From Callorhinchus milii (taxonomy: Eukaryota): a stretch of 64,000 nt of DNA. Location: positions 47,246,001-47,310,000 of the forward strand of contig NW_024704743.1 in NCBI RefSeq assembly GCF_018977255.1, read 5' to 3'. The first letter of the stretch is position 1, and each line of letters begins with the position of its first letter. Under the pieces are notes generated by a model, which saw only the letters and a program-made list of their open reading frames with translations, did no database searches and was not told the DNA's origin. The translations under genes and the position numbers were made by a program. Positions 47,631-59,422 of the stretch are shown one piece after another.

Positions 47631-49399
47631 CTATATTTATAAATATATAAATATTTTTGTATTTATATTTGCCCACAAATATACAGTCAATTCACTTTAC
47701 AGTGAAGCGCTTTGAGACGTCAAAGACGTGAAAAAGCGCTATATCAAATGCAAGGATTATATAAATATAATTCATTACATTGCATAGCAGCATTCATGTC
47801 AGGAGGATGAAAGAGCTTTAGATATACTGTAAAGTGCAGTTACTGTGTTTTTTGCAATTTGCAGACAAAATTTACAGTATATTCTGTGACGAGCTTTGAG
47901 ACATCTAGAAGACGTGAAAAGTGCTATATCAACGCAAGGATTATTATTATCTAGCATTAATATGCCAATTATATAATGTAATATGTACAAATATGTATTA
48001 TCTAGCTTAATATGTACAGAACTCCTTATCATTCAACAAATGGAATTTTTGCTGGGGAAATTTGCCTGTACGATCATCATTTTATTCCTGGGAGCAATTT
48101 TGAAATTGATTCATGTCTCACAGTATAACTTTTCTTACAATGCTCAGAGGTAGTATTGATATTTTATGAAATTTATTAAGGCTGAATTTATTTATTTGAA
48201 TTTATTGAAACACTTTTGGGCTTCTGGTGTCCGCTTCGAGCAGTCTCGGATCACTTACGGCACAAGATGGAGAAGGAAACTCCTCTCCTGATGTTCTACC
48301 TCTGATGTGTGTCCATCCCAAACTCAAAAAAGCATCCCTCCTTGCACAACTTTGCCATTTCTCTTACCCACCCCCCCCCCCGGCCAACCCAGTGCTTAAT
48401 TTTTTGATTGTGAGAAAATAAAAGGCCAAATTGAATCCTTGAATATCTGCAGAGCCTTAAAATGAAATCTTTCCTCGAGCCAGGTTGTTGGGTTGGGTGG
48501 AACGAGGAGTACTCATTATTTGAGGATTTTTTTGTTGATTGAGACAAGCAACAGTTTTGATCCAACCAGACCTGAAAAACATGTGGTTGTGGCAGATTCA
48601 CTATTAGACTACATCAAAGACAGTCTTCCTCTCACCACTCTCCCCCCGGGAAAATGCTACGCGTCCAATTTTTCAACAATTTACATTTTCAATTAATTTA
48701 CAGCTATCGCTTTCTTCTGCTAAATCCACTTCAGGCCATTGCGACTGGAATTCAAACCCTCTAGGATTCGGGCAAAAAACTACATTCAGATCTTAAGCCA
48801 AATGCACCCCCCTTTTTCATGATCTAGGATCTGAGCCTGTGTATGCTACTATTAAATTCTGATTTCTGTATGTAGTTAATTTGCCACTAATTCCATGGAC
48901 ATGTAGGAAGAAAAAAACTCAAATAATGAGAATGCGCAGAATATAATCCACTTTACAGTTTCCTGCCTAACACTGTCAAGCTGTTATAAAAGACTTCCCG
49001 ACAATCTCATTTGTTAATTGCATCAATGAACTGTGTTCAGCTAAGGGGACAGTCAAATTATTTTGTTTAAACCTAAAGTATTCAGAATGAGCAATGATAT
49101 AATAAAAAAAGTGAAATCCAAACTACAAACTTGACTTTAATTTATTACATTGCTATGTGAAAGTTCGCTGCTGTGTTCGCTCATAAATAATAATAATATT
49201 TGCATTTCATATAGCGCCCTATCATCTCTTCGAAACGTCTCAAAGCACTTCAGAATATATTGTAAAGTGAATTGACTGTATATTTTGTCTGCAAAATGCA
49301 AAAAATACGCAGTAACTGCACTTTACAGTATATCTAAAGCTCTTTCATCCTGACATGAAGCTGCTATGCAATTTAATACAAATTATATTTATATTGTGC

Positions 49400-49990
49400 C
49401 TTTCACGTTGGGAGCATGTCCCATAGTACTTAACACTACAGGCTTGGCATCTAAGCTGGTGGTGGGGTGGTGAAATATGACCAAAAGTACGGTCGAAAAG
49501 GTAGGTGTTGAAACGGACCATGACGAGGTGAGGGAGGGAGTTCCAGAGAGTAGGGCAGAAATATCAAATGTAAGGATTATTAATAATATGCACAATGATG
49601 ATCTTGATGAACTTCACAAGAGAGAATCAAAGAGGTTGATCAAGTCAAAAGCGTGGTAAAATTATGTTTTAGGAAAGAGTTGAAGGCAAAGAGAGTGAGA
49701 AAGGTGAAACTTTGGAAGAGTTTCAGAGATCAGAGGAGTAGTGGTGAAGGCTTGGACACCAATGGTGGGATGGAGAGACTAAGAAACGAGTGATAGACTA
49801 GAATCAGCAAGTACTTGCAGGACAATAGGAATGGATGAGATTTGAAGTTCAAGACAAGGATTTTAAAGTCAATCCATTGGGAACCAGGGGAGCCAGATGA
49901 GGATGGAAGTGATGGCTGTACAGAACCTGATGTGGGAGAGAATGTTGGCTGCAAATTTTGGTTGTGTTGGGAGCTTGTGGAAGGTGGAGC
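49400..49990 (-). mobile_element. Decayed L2 3' fragments
   Basis: Minus-strand IDFKILVL motif and L2-like tail. Confidence 0.6.
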
Positions 49991-50704
49991 TAGGAGTGTT
50001 GACTAGATTTCTTGTAGGATAGTTGTTTGCTTTTTGTGTTCTCTCTATTGGTTCACTTCAAATTATTACCTAGATCTTCTGTTAATAAGCATGTTGACAT
50101 CTGATAGTGTGTATGAGTTTCAATTGTTTCAGAAAAGTCAAATATTATTAGCTACCACATGCTTTCCATTGGGAAAGTGTTACTTTAAATATATGTGTTG
50201 ACCTATAATTAACAGTTTATTTAAGAGACCTTCAACAAGTTCTTGTCTAAATAGTCAAACTCAAAGGGTCTGTGAAATTTGTAACCATGCTCCATTGTTG
50301 GAGATGCTGTTCTTCGAGTGAGATGTTAAACCAGGTACCAGTCTGCTTGTGCATTCCCAGATTTTTCCTAATACTACAGTATTTAAAAAGAAAAAGTTTT
50401 GAAGCCATTTTGACTTGACTGTCTGCTTTTACATATCAAGCATTCTAAATGAGAGTTGGGAAATATAACTTTTCAACATTATCACCAGGTTCAATTGAGG
50501 TGGAAAAATATTTGCTTGGACCACATAACCATCTTAGCAATACTGCTTCCCTTTTCTTGGACATGGGAGAAACTACACAAAATTCTCTCCAGGGGTCCTG
50601 GACTGAGCTCAAATAAGTAAGTGATTCGCACAGTGCTCCAAATGTAGTCTAACCGAGATGTTATATAAATTTAACATTACTTCCCTACTTTGGTACTTTA
50701 TTCC

Positions 50705-50915
50705 TCTGCACACGCCTAATAATAAACCCTCAAGAAAAAAAACAATAAATTGGTCACTTCAATCTATGACTGTTTGTGGGACACCTCTGTGTGCAATCGG
50801 CTGCCGTGTTTCACCCACAAATATACAGTCAATTCACTTTCCAGTATATTCTGTGAAGCGCTTTGAGACGTCTAGAAGACATGAAAAGCGCTATATCAAA
50901 TGCAAGGATTATTAA
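50705..50915 (+). mobile_element. Short-type SINE (5'-truncated)
   Basis: cacacgcctaataataa...gcaaggattatta. Confidence 0.85.
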
Positions 50916-51379
50916 ATACAGGTTACAATATTACTGTCATGAATGGAAATAGGCACAGCAGTACTTTTCATGACAATAAATGCTTATTTTCAGAAATCTT
51001 CAGGAGTGTATCCAACTCACGTAGCAGTTTATTTTTGATTTCCCTATGGCTCACATTCCTGATTTACAAGTTTATAAAGGAGAGTTGGGAAATGTGACCT
51101 TTCAACATTATCGCCAGCTTCAAATGAGCTGGAAAAAAATCTTTTGTTTGGACCACACAAGCATTTTGGCAAAATTACTTCCCCTTGTATATGGGAGAAA
51201 CTGTTTAGAACTGCCAAGAATTACATCATTGTAATTCAACAGACTTGAATTCAATAGATGTTAAGAGGGAACTGGATAACTATTGGGTGAAGAAACATTT
51301 ATGAGTATGAGAAATATAGTGCAGGGTTTTCTTTTTCAGACCAGCCATTTGGAATGGTCTATACTAATCTTGTTACTAT

Positions 51380-52825
51380 AGACCATCCCTCCTCTCCAGC
51401 TACTGCCCCATCTCTAACTTCCCATTCCTCTCCAAGGTCCTGGAACGAGTCGTCGCGTCCCAGCTCCGCTCCTTTCTCTCTCGCCATTCCCTCTTTGAAC
51501 CCCTCCAATCCGGCTTTCGCGCTACCCACAGCACGGAAACAGCCCTGGTCAAAGTCACGAATAACATTATGAACATCTGTGATCAGGGCTCCCTCTGCCT
51601 CCTTGACCTCTCTGCTGCCTTCGACACTATCGACCACTCCATCCTCATACACCGCCTCTCCGCTTTACTCAATCTTCATGGACCTGCCCTTACCTGGTTC
51701 GATTCCTATCTCTCTCACCATCTCCACTTGTTGCCTCTAACGATTTCTCCTCCAGCCCCCACACTGTCAGGTCTGGTGTCCCCCACGGCTCAGTCCTTGG
51801 CCCTCTCCTCTTTAATACCTACATGCTCCCCCTTGGTGACATCATCCGCAGACATGGGATCAACTTCCACATGTATGCGGATGACACCCAACTCTATCTT
51901 TCTGACTCCACCCTCAACTCCAGGACCACTGCTGTCCTGACAGACTGTCTGTCGGACATCAAGTCCTGGATGAGGGCAAATTTCCTACAGTTGAATGTGA
52001 ACAAGACTGAGGCCCTCCTGATTGCCTCGCGCCAGCGCCTCAGCACCTCAGGCTCTGGCAACATCAACCTCCATGGTTGCTCACTACAACTCACCAAGCC
52101 AGTCAGGAACCTAGGTGTCTTGTTCAACCCTCAACTGTCTTTTCTCCACCACATTCAAGCCATGACCCACTCTGCCTTCCCTCACCTCTGTAACATTGCC
52201 TGACTCCGCCACTACCTCACCCCTCAGGCCACTGAATCTCTTGTTCATGCCTTCATCACCTCCAGGCTCGACTATGCAAACGCCCTTCTTGTTGGCCTTC
52301 CCAACTCCTCCCTCCACAGGCTGCAGATAATCCAGAACTCTGCAGCCAATGTTCTTTCCCGCACCAAACTCCGTGACCCCATCTCCCCCATTCTTGCTCG
52401 ACTCCATTGGCTCCCTATCCTTCAGAGGATCCAGTTCAAGATCCTGGTCCTCACCTACAAAGCCCTCCATGGCCTCGCCCCACCCTACATCTGCGACCTC
52501 CTAACCCCCTACCAACCCGTCCACTCCCTGCGCTCAGTCGGCTCTGGCCTGCTCCACGTACCCCGCCCCACCCGCCCCACCATTGGCGGGAGAGCCTTCA
52601 GCCACTCTGCCCCCAACCCCTGGAATTCCATCCCCCAATCACTCCGCCTCGCCCCCTCCTTAGCCTCCTACAAATCCTGCCTCAAGACCCTCCTCTTCGA
52701 CCATGCCATCAGCCACCCCCCCTCCCCTCCCCACTCCGGCTCGAGTATGAAATGCTGTCACTGTCCAGCGCCTTGGGACGTGAAAGGTGCTATACAAATG
52801 TAATCTTGTTGTTGTTGTTGTTGTT
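51380..52825 (+). mobile_element. L2-clade LINE 3' fragment
   Basis: [40 protein letters not shown]; (GTT)n tail at ~52806-52825. Confidence 0.93.
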
Positions 52826-53119
52826 AATTCCCATATTCTATTTTTTATTGAACCAGGACCCTGTATTAAATGTACAGACTCTCAAAGCAACAAAAAACCT
52901 GGAAAATGAATGAATTTCCCTTGTTAGTTGAGATGTGATTCATCTATGGAAACATGGTGCCCAAATTGCAATATTCCCAAATTGAATTTGTTGTGGGAAT
53001 TGCAATTTCCGTTTTGCATCACATGATTTTAAGATTAAAGAAAAGTTAACTTTCATATCCCGAATATTGGCAAAGGCTGAAAAAGACTGCTTTCCAGCCA
53101 TTTGGTGCATAACAACAAT

Positions 53120-53470
53120 GTACATTTAACGACGGGAGGATGTCTCAAGTGCATCTCACAGACGCCAGGGAGCCTGAGCTGGGAAAGTGGGGGAGAGCTG
53201 GGGGTGGGAGATGGGAATTGTGTCTCAATATAGTCCAAAATCAGAGTTCTTAAGGTAGGTTTTAACAATAGGGAGAGGGCATGGTGGAGGGACTCTCGAA
53301 TGGAGTTCCAGTGGGGGCAGAATGGCTGAAAGCTCACCCTCCAATGAGGGAGCAGATTGGGTGAGAGACATATAGACCAAGCAGCCAGGACACAGGGGTA
53401 GCGTAGGGTTAGGCTGTGGAGGCATTTGAAAGTGAGAACAAGAATCTTTAATTCAATTCACCAGGGAGCC
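53120..53470 (-). mobile_element. Decayed L2 3' fragment
   Basis: Similar by eye to the other L2 3' ends in this window. Confidence 0.6.
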
Positions 53471-55883
53471 ATTTGGAATCTTCTTAGCCAAGGCAATGCT
53501 CCCCCAAAAATCAAAAAAAAACAGTGATTATGACATGAGATTGCATATGTAGACAGTCCTTCAGACGATTCAGTCTTGGAGCTTCAGTGATTAGAAGACA
53601 ATTTGGGAAACATTTCTTTACAGTGTGTAGGGAGAAAATGGCTGCCGGCCAGCGCTTCTAAGTTTCCAGACCACTGCTGCGTGCAAATTGGCCTCTGTGT
53701 TTGTCTGCAAAATACACAGTCACTACACTTTACAATAAATCCTGTGAAGCTCTTTGAGGTGTCCGCCTGGTGTAAAAGGCACTATACCAAATGAAAGGAG
53801 TAATTTTATTCTAGTTTACCATTTTTTCATTCTCTTTGATACACTTTAGCTACTGCATCATCCCCAGGTCTTTAAACATCCTATCTTTTTTCAAAGGGAG
53901 GGAGACACTTTGCTATATAACTCAGGCCCAATGAAATGCTTCCGAATTATTGCATCTCAAGTTAGACACATTTTTTAGAATCCTGGCTTTAGTTCCTCCA
54001 GCTTTCCATCTGTCTCTCACATTTTCATTTATTTTCTTTCTGATTTATTGTCTGCAACTGAACACATACCTTTCTCGGTTTTGTTTTTAAGGTGTCAATG
54101 CATTTAACATTTTTAATATACTGTCAGCATTAATCTATTTCAGTACTATCTCAGTTTCTGTATTCTCAGTTATCTCCTCTAGTTTCTATCTAGGTTTACA
54201 ACTGGTTTTGTCTGCCTTGCTGGATTTATCTCCTTTCAAGTTGCTGTTATTTGTTTCCGATTCTGAACCTTGCCTGGTTGGTTTGCTGCTGTGTTTCAAC
54301 CTGTGTTTTTTTTCTTATGCTGGCTTTTGTAATAGCAATTGTAAATCTTGAAGTCAGTATAGTGGAAATAGAACATCCTACCAACTTGAAATTTTCTGCT
54401 GAAAGTTACTGTGTTAGCAAACTGTGTTGAATTACTCACTTGTCTTAGCAAAGCATTAAATATAAAAATGTAGCATTGCAAGAGATTTTCACCATGGGTC
54501 TTAAAAAGTATGATTTTATTGCACAATCGTAATGTTTAAACCTTTTCTGTCAATAATAATAATAATCCTTGCATTTGATATAGCGCTTTTCACATCTTCT
54601 AGTTGTCTCAAAGCGCTTCACGGAATATGCTGTAAATTGAATTGACTGTATATTTGTGGGCGAAACGACAATTGCATACAACACATTGACAATAGACATT
54701 TCACTGAAACACAGGCAACAAAACCTAATGTAAGTTTATACAAGACAGATAAACACCAAATCTTAATGTCACCAATGGTACAGAAAGAGGAAGCTGCTAG
54801 AGATTCTCATTACCTTTGTTGTTCCAGCCGTCCACTCCAATGAAAGGTAGATACATTCAGGACCACCACAGAAAAGTCATGTAACTATAGCTGTTTGTAC
54901 ACACAATTTATAAAAAAAGCTAAATTTAAGGTTAAGTACTTCCTATTAAATTACACATGCCCAGTTAAAGTTCTGTATGTTGTAATTCCCATAGTTGATT
55001 ACAGAGAATGGGTATATTAACACAAACTACCCATTTTTTCCATTTTTTCAAAGCCATTAAATTATTGTAATCTATGTTTGTTTTTAAAGGACCAATGTTT
55101 TCATCAAAAACATGTATCGAAAATCTTTCATTATTTGGGAATAGACAAGAGTCGAAAGATTTGTGTATCATTTTTATCAGTAGTATGTCATTTCCAAGTG
55201 ACATATGATGTATTCTATGGTAATGTGCTGTGTGCTTGTGGGCAAATGAAAACAAATTTGACATCCATTGGCCCTTTAAATGTCTACAGCTCATAGTCAA
55301 AGAACACTGCTATTGGATCTCTGTGAATAGACCAAAATAGGCTATGCTTTCAAAACAAATCAAGTGTACCAAAGCTAAGGGTGAGAGGGCGCTGCCAGGT
55401 ATTTTACTCTATTGGGAAGGGGAGAAATATTTTAAACAATACAATCTCATGCAGTGTTATGCTTGCAGACATACAAATGAGGCATTTGAACTGTGAGAGA
55501 AAGATATATGGCTTTGTCATGCAGTCAGTCTGAAGGAATCAATTATGGCCTCATGCACCCAATGATTTCTAAATTTGAAGCTTAATTAAGTAGGTTCATT
55601 GGAGCTGGTTTAGGTTAATGAACAGACATGAACACTAGCCATTTGATTTGTCGTGACGACACTTACTACTAAGGTTACTTACTTACTATGTTCCCATTGG
55701 AGAGGGCAATCAGTGGAAAATAAAAAATAAAAGAAAGAACTTATATTTTTTATAGTCCCTTGTGTCAAAATGTCTGCTTAAAGGTAATTACTACAAAGGT
55801 TAGTGACTATTTTCGTAGACAATCTCAACAGCAATTTGTGCTTGCGAGGCCCATGAACTGGTGAATGACTAGTTAATTGCTAT

Positions 55884-56185
55884 CGTCCTGTAGCTCAGTG
55901 GTTAGAGCACTCGCGTTGCAAGCGAGACACCTGGGTTCAATTCCAAACAGGGCGAAACCTTGGGCAAATTTCCTTACTCCACACGCCTAATAATAATCCC
56001 TCCAAAAAAGAAAACAATAATAAATTGGTCATTTTCAATCCACGACTGTTTGTGGGACAATGCTGTTGGCTGCAGTGTTTCGCCCACAAATATACAGTCA
56101 ATTCACTTTACAGTATATTCTGTGAAGCGCTTTGAGATGTCGAGAAGACGTGAAAAGCACTATATCAAATGCAAGGATTGTTATA
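55884..56185 (+). mobile_element. Short-type SINE, full length, with tRNA-like head (55884-55955, TGC anticodon)
   Basis: A-box tagctcagtgg, B-box ggttcaattcc, anticodon arm ctcgc-gttgcaa-gcgag, acceptor stem cgtcctg/cagggcg. Confidence 0.92.
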
Positions 56186-57764
56186 TCAAATTATAGGATT
56201 TTGTTAACCAGAATCTCAATTTATCTTCTCTTTTGAGAGATGGAACCTCTGACAATGAAGTGTAGAATATATGCTCAAATACTGCTGAGGAGAATCTGAC
56301 CCAGAATGTTATCAACTCTACTAAGCTAGCCAACAGTTAGCAAATAAAATGTCAGTATTACACCCTGCCCCTGAACTGTGAAGTCTTTAAAGTCGACTTA
56401 CTATACATTTCTCATTTTCAAAGTCCATTGTTTGTTTATCATGCGCTTTGAAGTAGATACCGTGGAAAATTAAATTGACAACTATTTGAAGGATGAAGTG
56501 GTAAAAAAATCCTTATTTTAAATATAAATTCTCCATTCGTCTGGTCGATCCATGCCACGCACAATGCTCTACTCTGCTGAAAAAGAAATGGTGGATTTTT
56601 CACCTCTTCATCGTTCACTTCATAGCTGTTTGTGGGGCTTTGCCGGTTCAGTGTTCTACAAAATAAAAGTGCAGACACTACACTTGACACTAAATCCTGT
56701 GAAGTGCTTTGAAACATCTTTTGGACGTGATGACACTATATTGAATGTAAGATTCCAGCAGTGTCAGTAGGCACACTTACAATACAATATAAATGTACAT
56801 TATTATTATTTATTATTATTTCTATTAGCACCTTTCACATCATAGAATGTCCCAAGATACCAGACAGTCCAGCGTTTGCACCTGAGCTGGAAGTGGGGGT
56901 GAGGGTATAGGAGGGGGGGGGGGGGGGGCAAGGAGATGAGCACTTTATCTCCCAATTAATTAGACATTTTGCTTTCTTAGTTTTATTTCTTCTACGTGTC
57001 TGTGTTTTATACACTGTTTTAATCAGATAGTTAAATAATGTTGTGCCTGAGGTATCACATGCCTGTAGATGCACATTCCTGGCTGTTAAAGACATGAATG
57101 AGCTCCCCCCAAACTGGTGACTGCAGCCTCAGCCCTCAGTGACTTTTGGCTGCAATTTTCAGGGCAAAACGTGGCAGATTGAGACATTCCTCGCTTCAGG
57201 ATATTAGCTCTGGCTGTTATTTGCAAAACGATGTTAATAATGTCTGGAAGATTCTCCTGAGAATATATGCAGCAATTTATAGTATAATGGTTTAACCACC
57301 AGTCAGTCACCTTTTTGTGCCTCCTCAACCCCCCAGCACATTCAATCTGGTGAGACTATCCCTCTCTCTCTCTCTTTTGTTTCCAAATCATTATAATGGG
57401 CATTTTACACACAGGATCAGGAGCACCTTTTCAGCAAGAATCCTTTTTGGTAGGTGTTGCTGAAAACTTAGCGATGAGGGCGATGACTGCAAAAAGAAAG
57501 CCTTGTGGAGCAGTCTGTCTGCTTGTCTGTCCCTGCACAGACTGTCAGATTGTCTGCTGTATATGTCCCTGCACAGACAGGGACATACATAGCAGACAAT
57601 CTGCATTTCGAAACTTTGAATGGAAAATAACAACACACACACACACACAGGGTTGATACAGTTGAAAGGGTTGCGGACGATTTGAAGTGAGTGAAGGCAG
57701 AGTTGGGATGTTTGATGTTTGGAGCTGTACTGCAGACAGTGGTAGTTGCAGTGTGTGCTGACTG

Positions 57765-58342
57765 CAGGACAGGCAGGGCAGGCAGGGCAGGGCAGGCAAG
57801 GCAGGGCAGGGCAGGACAGGACAGGACAGGACAGGACAGGACAGGCAGGGCAGGGCAGGACAGGCAAGGCAAGGCAAGGCAGGCAGGACAGGCAGGGCAG
57901 GACAGGCAAGGCAGGGCAGGGCAGGGCAGGCAGGCAGGCAGGCAGGACAGGCAGGACAGGCAGGGCAGGACAGGCAAGGCAGGCAGGCAGGACAGGCAGG
58001 GCAGGACAGGCAGGGCAGGGTAGGACAGGACAGGGCAGGGCAGGGCAGGGCAGGGCAGGGCAGGACAGGCAGGGCAGGCAGGGCAGGGCAGGACAGGACA
58101 GGACAGGACAGGCAGGCAGGTAGGCAGGCAGGCAGACAGACAGACAGGCAGGACAGGCAGGCAGGGCAGGGCAGGGCAGACAGACAGACAGACAAGCAGG
58201 CAGGCAGGCAGGCAGGCAGGCAGGACAGGCAGGGCAGGCAGGCAGGCAGGGCAGGACAGGCAGGGCAGGGCAGGGCAGGGCAGGCAGGGCAAGGCAGGAC
58301 AGGCAGGGCAGGCAGGACAGTCAGGGCAGGGCAGGGCAGGCT
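57765..58342. repeat. Complex (GGCA/GGCAG/GGACA)n simple repeat
   Basis: Directly visible tandem array. Confidence 0.95.
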
Positions 58343-58667
58343 GGGGCTGTTTGCAGATGCCCTGCCTTCACTCTGGCAGTGAAAGTGTGCTGCTGCTGCT
58401 GCTGTTGCTGTGGGATGGACACTGTGGCTGAGGCTGCCCCCCCTCCCACTGCAGCTCTGCCTTCACATAAACACATCCGCGTTGTGTTGTGGTTGGAGTC
58501 TCCAAAGAGGGGGGGAGTGAGAGGGGAAGTGCGGGGAAGCACGAATTTCCGGCTGTTTTCTTGGCGATCCGTCCGTGCATTTTGTAAATCTGTCCCTGTC
58601 CAAGAGTTGCTGTTGTGGGGCTTCAGTGAAGGACTGTGAGAGCCACTTTGCTGCCTTCTCCATGTTC

Positions 58668-58930
58668 TTTCTCTCACTCTCTCTGTCTCTCACTCTCTCT
58701 GTCTCTCTCTGTGTGTCTCTCTGAACGATTCTGGAAGGGAGCGCAGCTCTGCTGAAGTTGGCTTCTTGGAAGATTTCTTTCTTTCTTTCGGGGGTGGGGA
58801 GAGGAGGGAGAGAGGGGGAGAGGAGAGAGGGAGAGGAGGGAGGGAGGGGAGAGGGAGAGAGAGGGAGAGGAGGGAGGGAGAGGAGGGAGAGAGAGGGAGA
58901 GGAGAGAGGGAGAGGAGGGAGGGGAGAGGG
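58668..58930. repeat. (CT)n tract (58668-58721) and polypurine GA tract (58790-58930) upstream of TRIL
   Basis: Directly visible. Confidence 0.9.
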
Positions 58931-59107
58931 GATTATGGACCAGGGGAAGAGTAATGGTATGTATTCCCAGATGCAATCTGCAAAAGGACTGAACTAAAAC
59001 CAAGTGGGTGGCTGTGAGCTCCAGAGTTCCTGCTGCAGAGCATCGCCGTGTAGCTGCCCATCTCCGCCTCCATCGGGACTGAACTCAGGTTAAAGCAGCA
59101 GATACAG

Positions 59108-59381
59108 AGGGTGTGTGTGGGTGTGTGTGTGGGAGGGGGTGTGTGTGTGTGTGTGTGGGAGGGTGTGTGTGTGTGTGTGTGTGGGAGGGGGTGTGTGTGT
59201 GTGTGTGTGGGGGGGGGGTGTGTGTGGGTGTGTGGGTGTGTGGTGTGTGTGTGTGGGAGGGGTGTGTGTGTGTGTGTGGGGTGTGTGTGTGTGTGTGGGA
59301 GGGGGTGTGTGTGGGTGTGTGTGTGTGTGTGTGGGAGGGGGTGTGTGGGTGTGTGGTGTGTGTGGGTGGGGGGGGGGGGGG
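59108..59381. repeat. Interrupted (GT)n / GGGAGGGG repeat ending in G14, just upstream of the TRIL start
   Basis: Directly visible. Confidence 0.95.
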
Positions 59382-59422
59382 ATGCACAAGGTAACCGGCC
59401 GCCAGACAAGCGAGCAGCGGGG

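Noticed and set aside
55884..55955. Genuine tRNA-Ala(TGC) gene
   Set aside because: Broken T-stem, no poly-T terminator, and it continues directly into a SINE body found in many copies
5492..56196. Recurrent small ORFs (MGKFPYST..., [18 protein letters not shown]...) as a gene family
   Set aside because: They are reading frames across the same SINE; most lack an ATG and they are disrupted differently in each copy
57391..58292. Cys/Pro-rich and Gly/Arg/Gln-rich ORFs (keratin-associated or metallothionein-like appearance)
   Set aside because: Translations of the (GGCA)n repeat in several frames on both strands
59111..59422. 104-aa N-terminal extension of the 873-aa ORF
   Set aside because: It is a translation of a stop-free GT repeat starting at GTG; the first in-frame ATG followed by a signal peptide is at 59423
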